From NCBI RefSeq assembly GCF_009914755.1, contig NC_060947.1: a stretch of 64,000 nt of DNA. One strand, written 5' to 3'. The stretch's first letter is position 1. Each line of letters opens with the position of its first letter. The DNA comes from the human T2T-CHM13v2.0 reference genome, Homo sapiens. Both the position numbers and the translations under genes were made by a program. Of this stretch, positions 52,618 through 64,000 are shown piece by piece. The notes below the pieces were generated by a model, which was not told where the DNA came from, did no database searches, and saw nothing but the letters and a program-made list of their open reading frames with translations.

Positions 52618-53640
52618 TCATCCATTCGTATGTCTACTGACACTCATTGAATGCCTATTATGTATCAGGCGCTGGACATACAAAACTGAGTAGGACAAGG
52701 TCCCTACTGGTAAAAAGAGACCAAAAAAAAAATGAAAAAAAACAAGGCAACTATATTAGTAGCAAGTCCTTTATTGAAAATAAAACAGGACAACAGGGTA
52801 GGGTAATAGAGTAGATGGGCCACTTTAGGCTGGGTAGTTAGGAAAGGTAACTTGAGGGAAATAACATTTAGGTTGAAAACTGAATGGCCAGAAGGAAACA
52901 GCCCTGCAAAAATCTGAAGGGAAAAAAAAATATGTCCAGGCAGAGGAAATGCCTAATGCAAAGTCCTCAAGACAAGGTTAAGGGAGATGTGTTCCAGGAA
53001 AAATGTGAAGTCCACTGTGTGCTGGAGTAGTGTGACTGAAGGGAAGAGTAGTAAGATATGAGGTTGGAGTTGCATGCAGGGCCATATCATTTAGAGCTTT
53101 GATGGTAAGGTTTTTGGATTTTGTTCTAGGTGCATTGGGAAGACACTGAAGGGCTCTAAGCAACACAATGACATGATAATGATCTACTGTTAAATGACCA
53201 CTCTGGCTATTGAGGAAATAATTGGCCACAGGGGGCAATGGTAGATGCAGAGAGACCAGCTGAGAGCTCAGGGCAGTAGCGCAGACAAGAAATGATGTGA
53301 TTTGGCTTAGGACGTTAGCAATGGAGGTGGTGAGACCTAGTCAGGTTCAGGATATATTCTGAAGGTAGACTTGCTATGAACTAGATGTGGGGTAAAAGAG
53401 TAAGTAATGATGACTCCCTGGCTTCTGGCTTAAACAAATGGGTGTAGAGTTGCTATCGACTAAAATGGAAAATACTGCAGCAGAACAGTAATGATTATGT
53501 TTTAGCATAAACAAGAGTGGAAGTCAAGCATTCTAGTTTTTGAAAATATTAGGTTTGTGATGCCTGTTAGATACCCAAGGAGAGATGACAAAATGATTGC
53601 CAGATATGAGAGTCTGTAGTACAAGGAAGAAATAAGGGCG
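52618..53640 (-). mobile_element. L2 fragment
   Basis: cattgaatgcctattatgtatcaggc...gaccactctggct...gatatattctgaaggtaga. Confidence 0.75.
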
Positions 53641-54799
53641 ATGAGAGTATCTATCTTCCCATTCTTACCTCTCATTCATACCTCAACTTGCTGTAACCTG
53701 GATTTTGCCTCCTTCACTCCACTGAAATTGCTCTTCCTAAGGTCATCACTGTCATTCTACTGGCTGTATTTTAACCTTCTTACTTGCTAGATTTTGTGCT
53801 GCCAATCATTCATTCTCTCCTTGAATCTCCCTTCTCCCCAGGCTTCCAATATACCGCTTTTACTCCTGGTTCTCCTTCCTACTTCTCTGGTTGTTCCTTT
53901 TTGAAACTTTTTGGTTCCCCTTTTTCCACCTTCCATCCCCAATCCCATTAAATATTGATGTTTATCATATAGGCTTTTTCAACCTGGTGTGGTCCTCACT
54001 CCTTACCCTCATCTCCCTGATCGATCCCATCCATGTGGATTTATTTCTGGGCTCTTCATTCTGTTCCCTTGATCTATGTGTCTGCTTTTAAAGGTATCAC
54101 TTCTTTTCATGATCATAAAATTTATAACTCTCAAATTAGTTAAAAAAGTTGAACAACAAAAAAAGAAGACACAAAGGTTATGAACAAGTAGGTCACAAAT
54201 AAAAATGTCCAACCATAAAAAGACGCTCAAACTTATTCACAAGAAATACAAACTGAAACCATGAAATACCTTATTTCACCAATCATATTGGCATAAGACT
54301 AGTTTTTTGATATCTAATGTTGGCAAGAGAGTAGAGAAACTGGCATTGTTGAATAGATGGACAACTGTTCACCTTGCTTTTCTCATTAGCAGTATTCCGT
54401 TTCAATATACATGCTTATCTCAGTCTTTTCAATGTCTATGTATTACTCTATTATATGACAGTTTCATAATATAATGAGCAAGAGGGTTCTATCTATTTTT
54501 ATTTATTTTCTGTTTATGGCAAATGATGCTATAAAGATGAAACTTGGCATGTCCATAAACATATGCAAATGTGTCTTCAGGAAAAAGTCCTAGAAATAGA
54601 ATTACTATATCAAAAAGTATATGAATTTACGATTTGGAGAGATATTGCCAAACTGCCTTCCAAAATTATAATAATTTTCATTCTCATCAAAGTATTATGT
54701 GCCTGTTACCCCATGTCTTGATAACAAAGCATATTAGCAACCTTTCTGATATTTATAAGCCTGAAAAATACTATTTTAATTATATTTTACTTAATTTTT

Positions 54800-62655
<7,856 letters not shown>

Positions 62656-63725
62656 TGTATCTTAATTTATATTTTAAAAATAATGCATTTAAAGACTGAG
62701 TAAGGGTAAGCTCTTTTGTGTTTAAAAGACATTTTATATGCTTTGCCTAATTTTTAATAAATTGTTAGCCATTTTCTTATTAATTGGTTTAAGAGCTCTT
62801 TACATATTAAACAGATAAGCTTTAATAGCTCTACAAATATTCATTCCCAGGTATTTTTCTTTTAATTACATTTTTAGATACATGGAATTTTTTTTCAACA
62901 GAGTCAAATTTATCAGTCTTTCTTTTTTGGCTTCTGGGTTTTGTGTTTTGCAGCCCTTCCTCCAAGACTGTAAAAAAACTCACCCCTCATTTTCTCTTCT
63001 AGTATGTATATGGTTTTATTTTTATGAACTTCTATATTCGATCCACATCAAACATATGTTGTTATATGGATTTACACATTTTGAAATCAAACCCTTTGTG
63101 AGTACATTTCAATGAAAAGTGACTTTAATATGTTTTAATAAAAAATGATTGTTGTAGGCCATGTGTTGGGAAGTTTGGAAAAATTAACAGTTAAAGGAGG
63201 ATGAGGACTGAAAAACTAGAGGAAAAAGCAAAGTAAACTGCAAAGAAATGTTGCAAGAGTAGAATTGCAATGCACTAGACACATGCTAAGGAACCACTAC
63301 TCCTTGTCAGTCAACCACAAAATAGAAAATTAATTAGGATTGCATATGGTGGAGTAAATTGCATGTTTTAATACTGCTGTGCTTGTCTGAGATTTGATAC
63401 ATTTCTTAATAATTTCTAAACTCCTCAGTATACAAAAATATTAGACCAGAAACCTTTTTGGGGTTTCTTTCTTTGCAATATTTGGCCCATGTTTTTAGAA
63501 AGGGATAATCCTAATACATCAACTTTAAGTTTACTTTTTCTGCAGACTCAGCCTAAAGACTTCCATATCCTTTTCTAGAAGTTTTCCTCTCATAAAGTGT
63601 TCTCAACTAAGAGTATAGACAAAATACCCTAAGTGACTCAATCGACTCATTTTAAGGATTAGATATACACTATTATATATCCGAATATCTAAAGTAATAA
63701 CTAAACTAAAATAGATCTATAAATA

Positions 63726-64000
63726 CACACAGAAAAGAATTAGCATAGCATACCTTATACTACTATCCTCAGGTAGGCCTACTTGACGTTTGACACTTGG
63801 CTGGCATCTAGGAACTTGGATTTATGGAAGATTCCCAGAATTGGTAAGAGTGGCTCACTGTACCTAAACTGTTTGTACAAACAATGGTGATTTATGCCAA
63901 ACACCTGATTTCCTTCTGGGGATCTGGAATTTTGGTATGTGCCAGGCAGAATGTGCCCATGACTGACTACTGATTAAAAACTGGGAACTCTTAAGCCCAG
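63726..64000 (+). mobile_element. MER68-like ERVL LTR (runs off window)
   Basis: cttggctggcatctaggaacttggattt...gagtggctcactgtacctaaactgtttgt...ctggaattttggta. Confidence 0.75.

Overview
Repeat-rich primate (most likely human or ape) genomic DNA with no intact protein-coding gene. Nearly all listed ORFs are Alu, L1 or MaLR by-products. The main unique content is the 3' part of an intron-containing CHMP1B-like ESCRT-III pseudogene on the minus strand, probably X-linked CHMP1B2P (the identity is recalled, not verified). Six exons are recognisable at 45460-45606, 44421-44487, 44246-44353, 37144-37177, 27901-27973 and 26632-26676, with frameshifts, stops and lost splice sites. Its introns carry a full-length L1PA7/8-like element, an internally deleted old L1, a 5'-inverted L1PA, a full-length L1MA, a probable HML-6 solo LTR, and many Alus, L2s and MIRs. 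Two leads go beyond standard annotation. First, the antisense strand of the L1 5'UTR reads in frame into the last two CHMP1B-like exons, giving a potential 80-aa L1/MIM1 chimeric peptide. Second, a chain of splice-bounded, stop-poor segments on the + strand (222-21815) may be a second, unrecognised decayed gene convergent with the pseudogene; one of its exons is split by an Alu. Both are inferences from reading the sequence. Repeat subfamily calls come from recalled consensus features and many boundaries are approximate.
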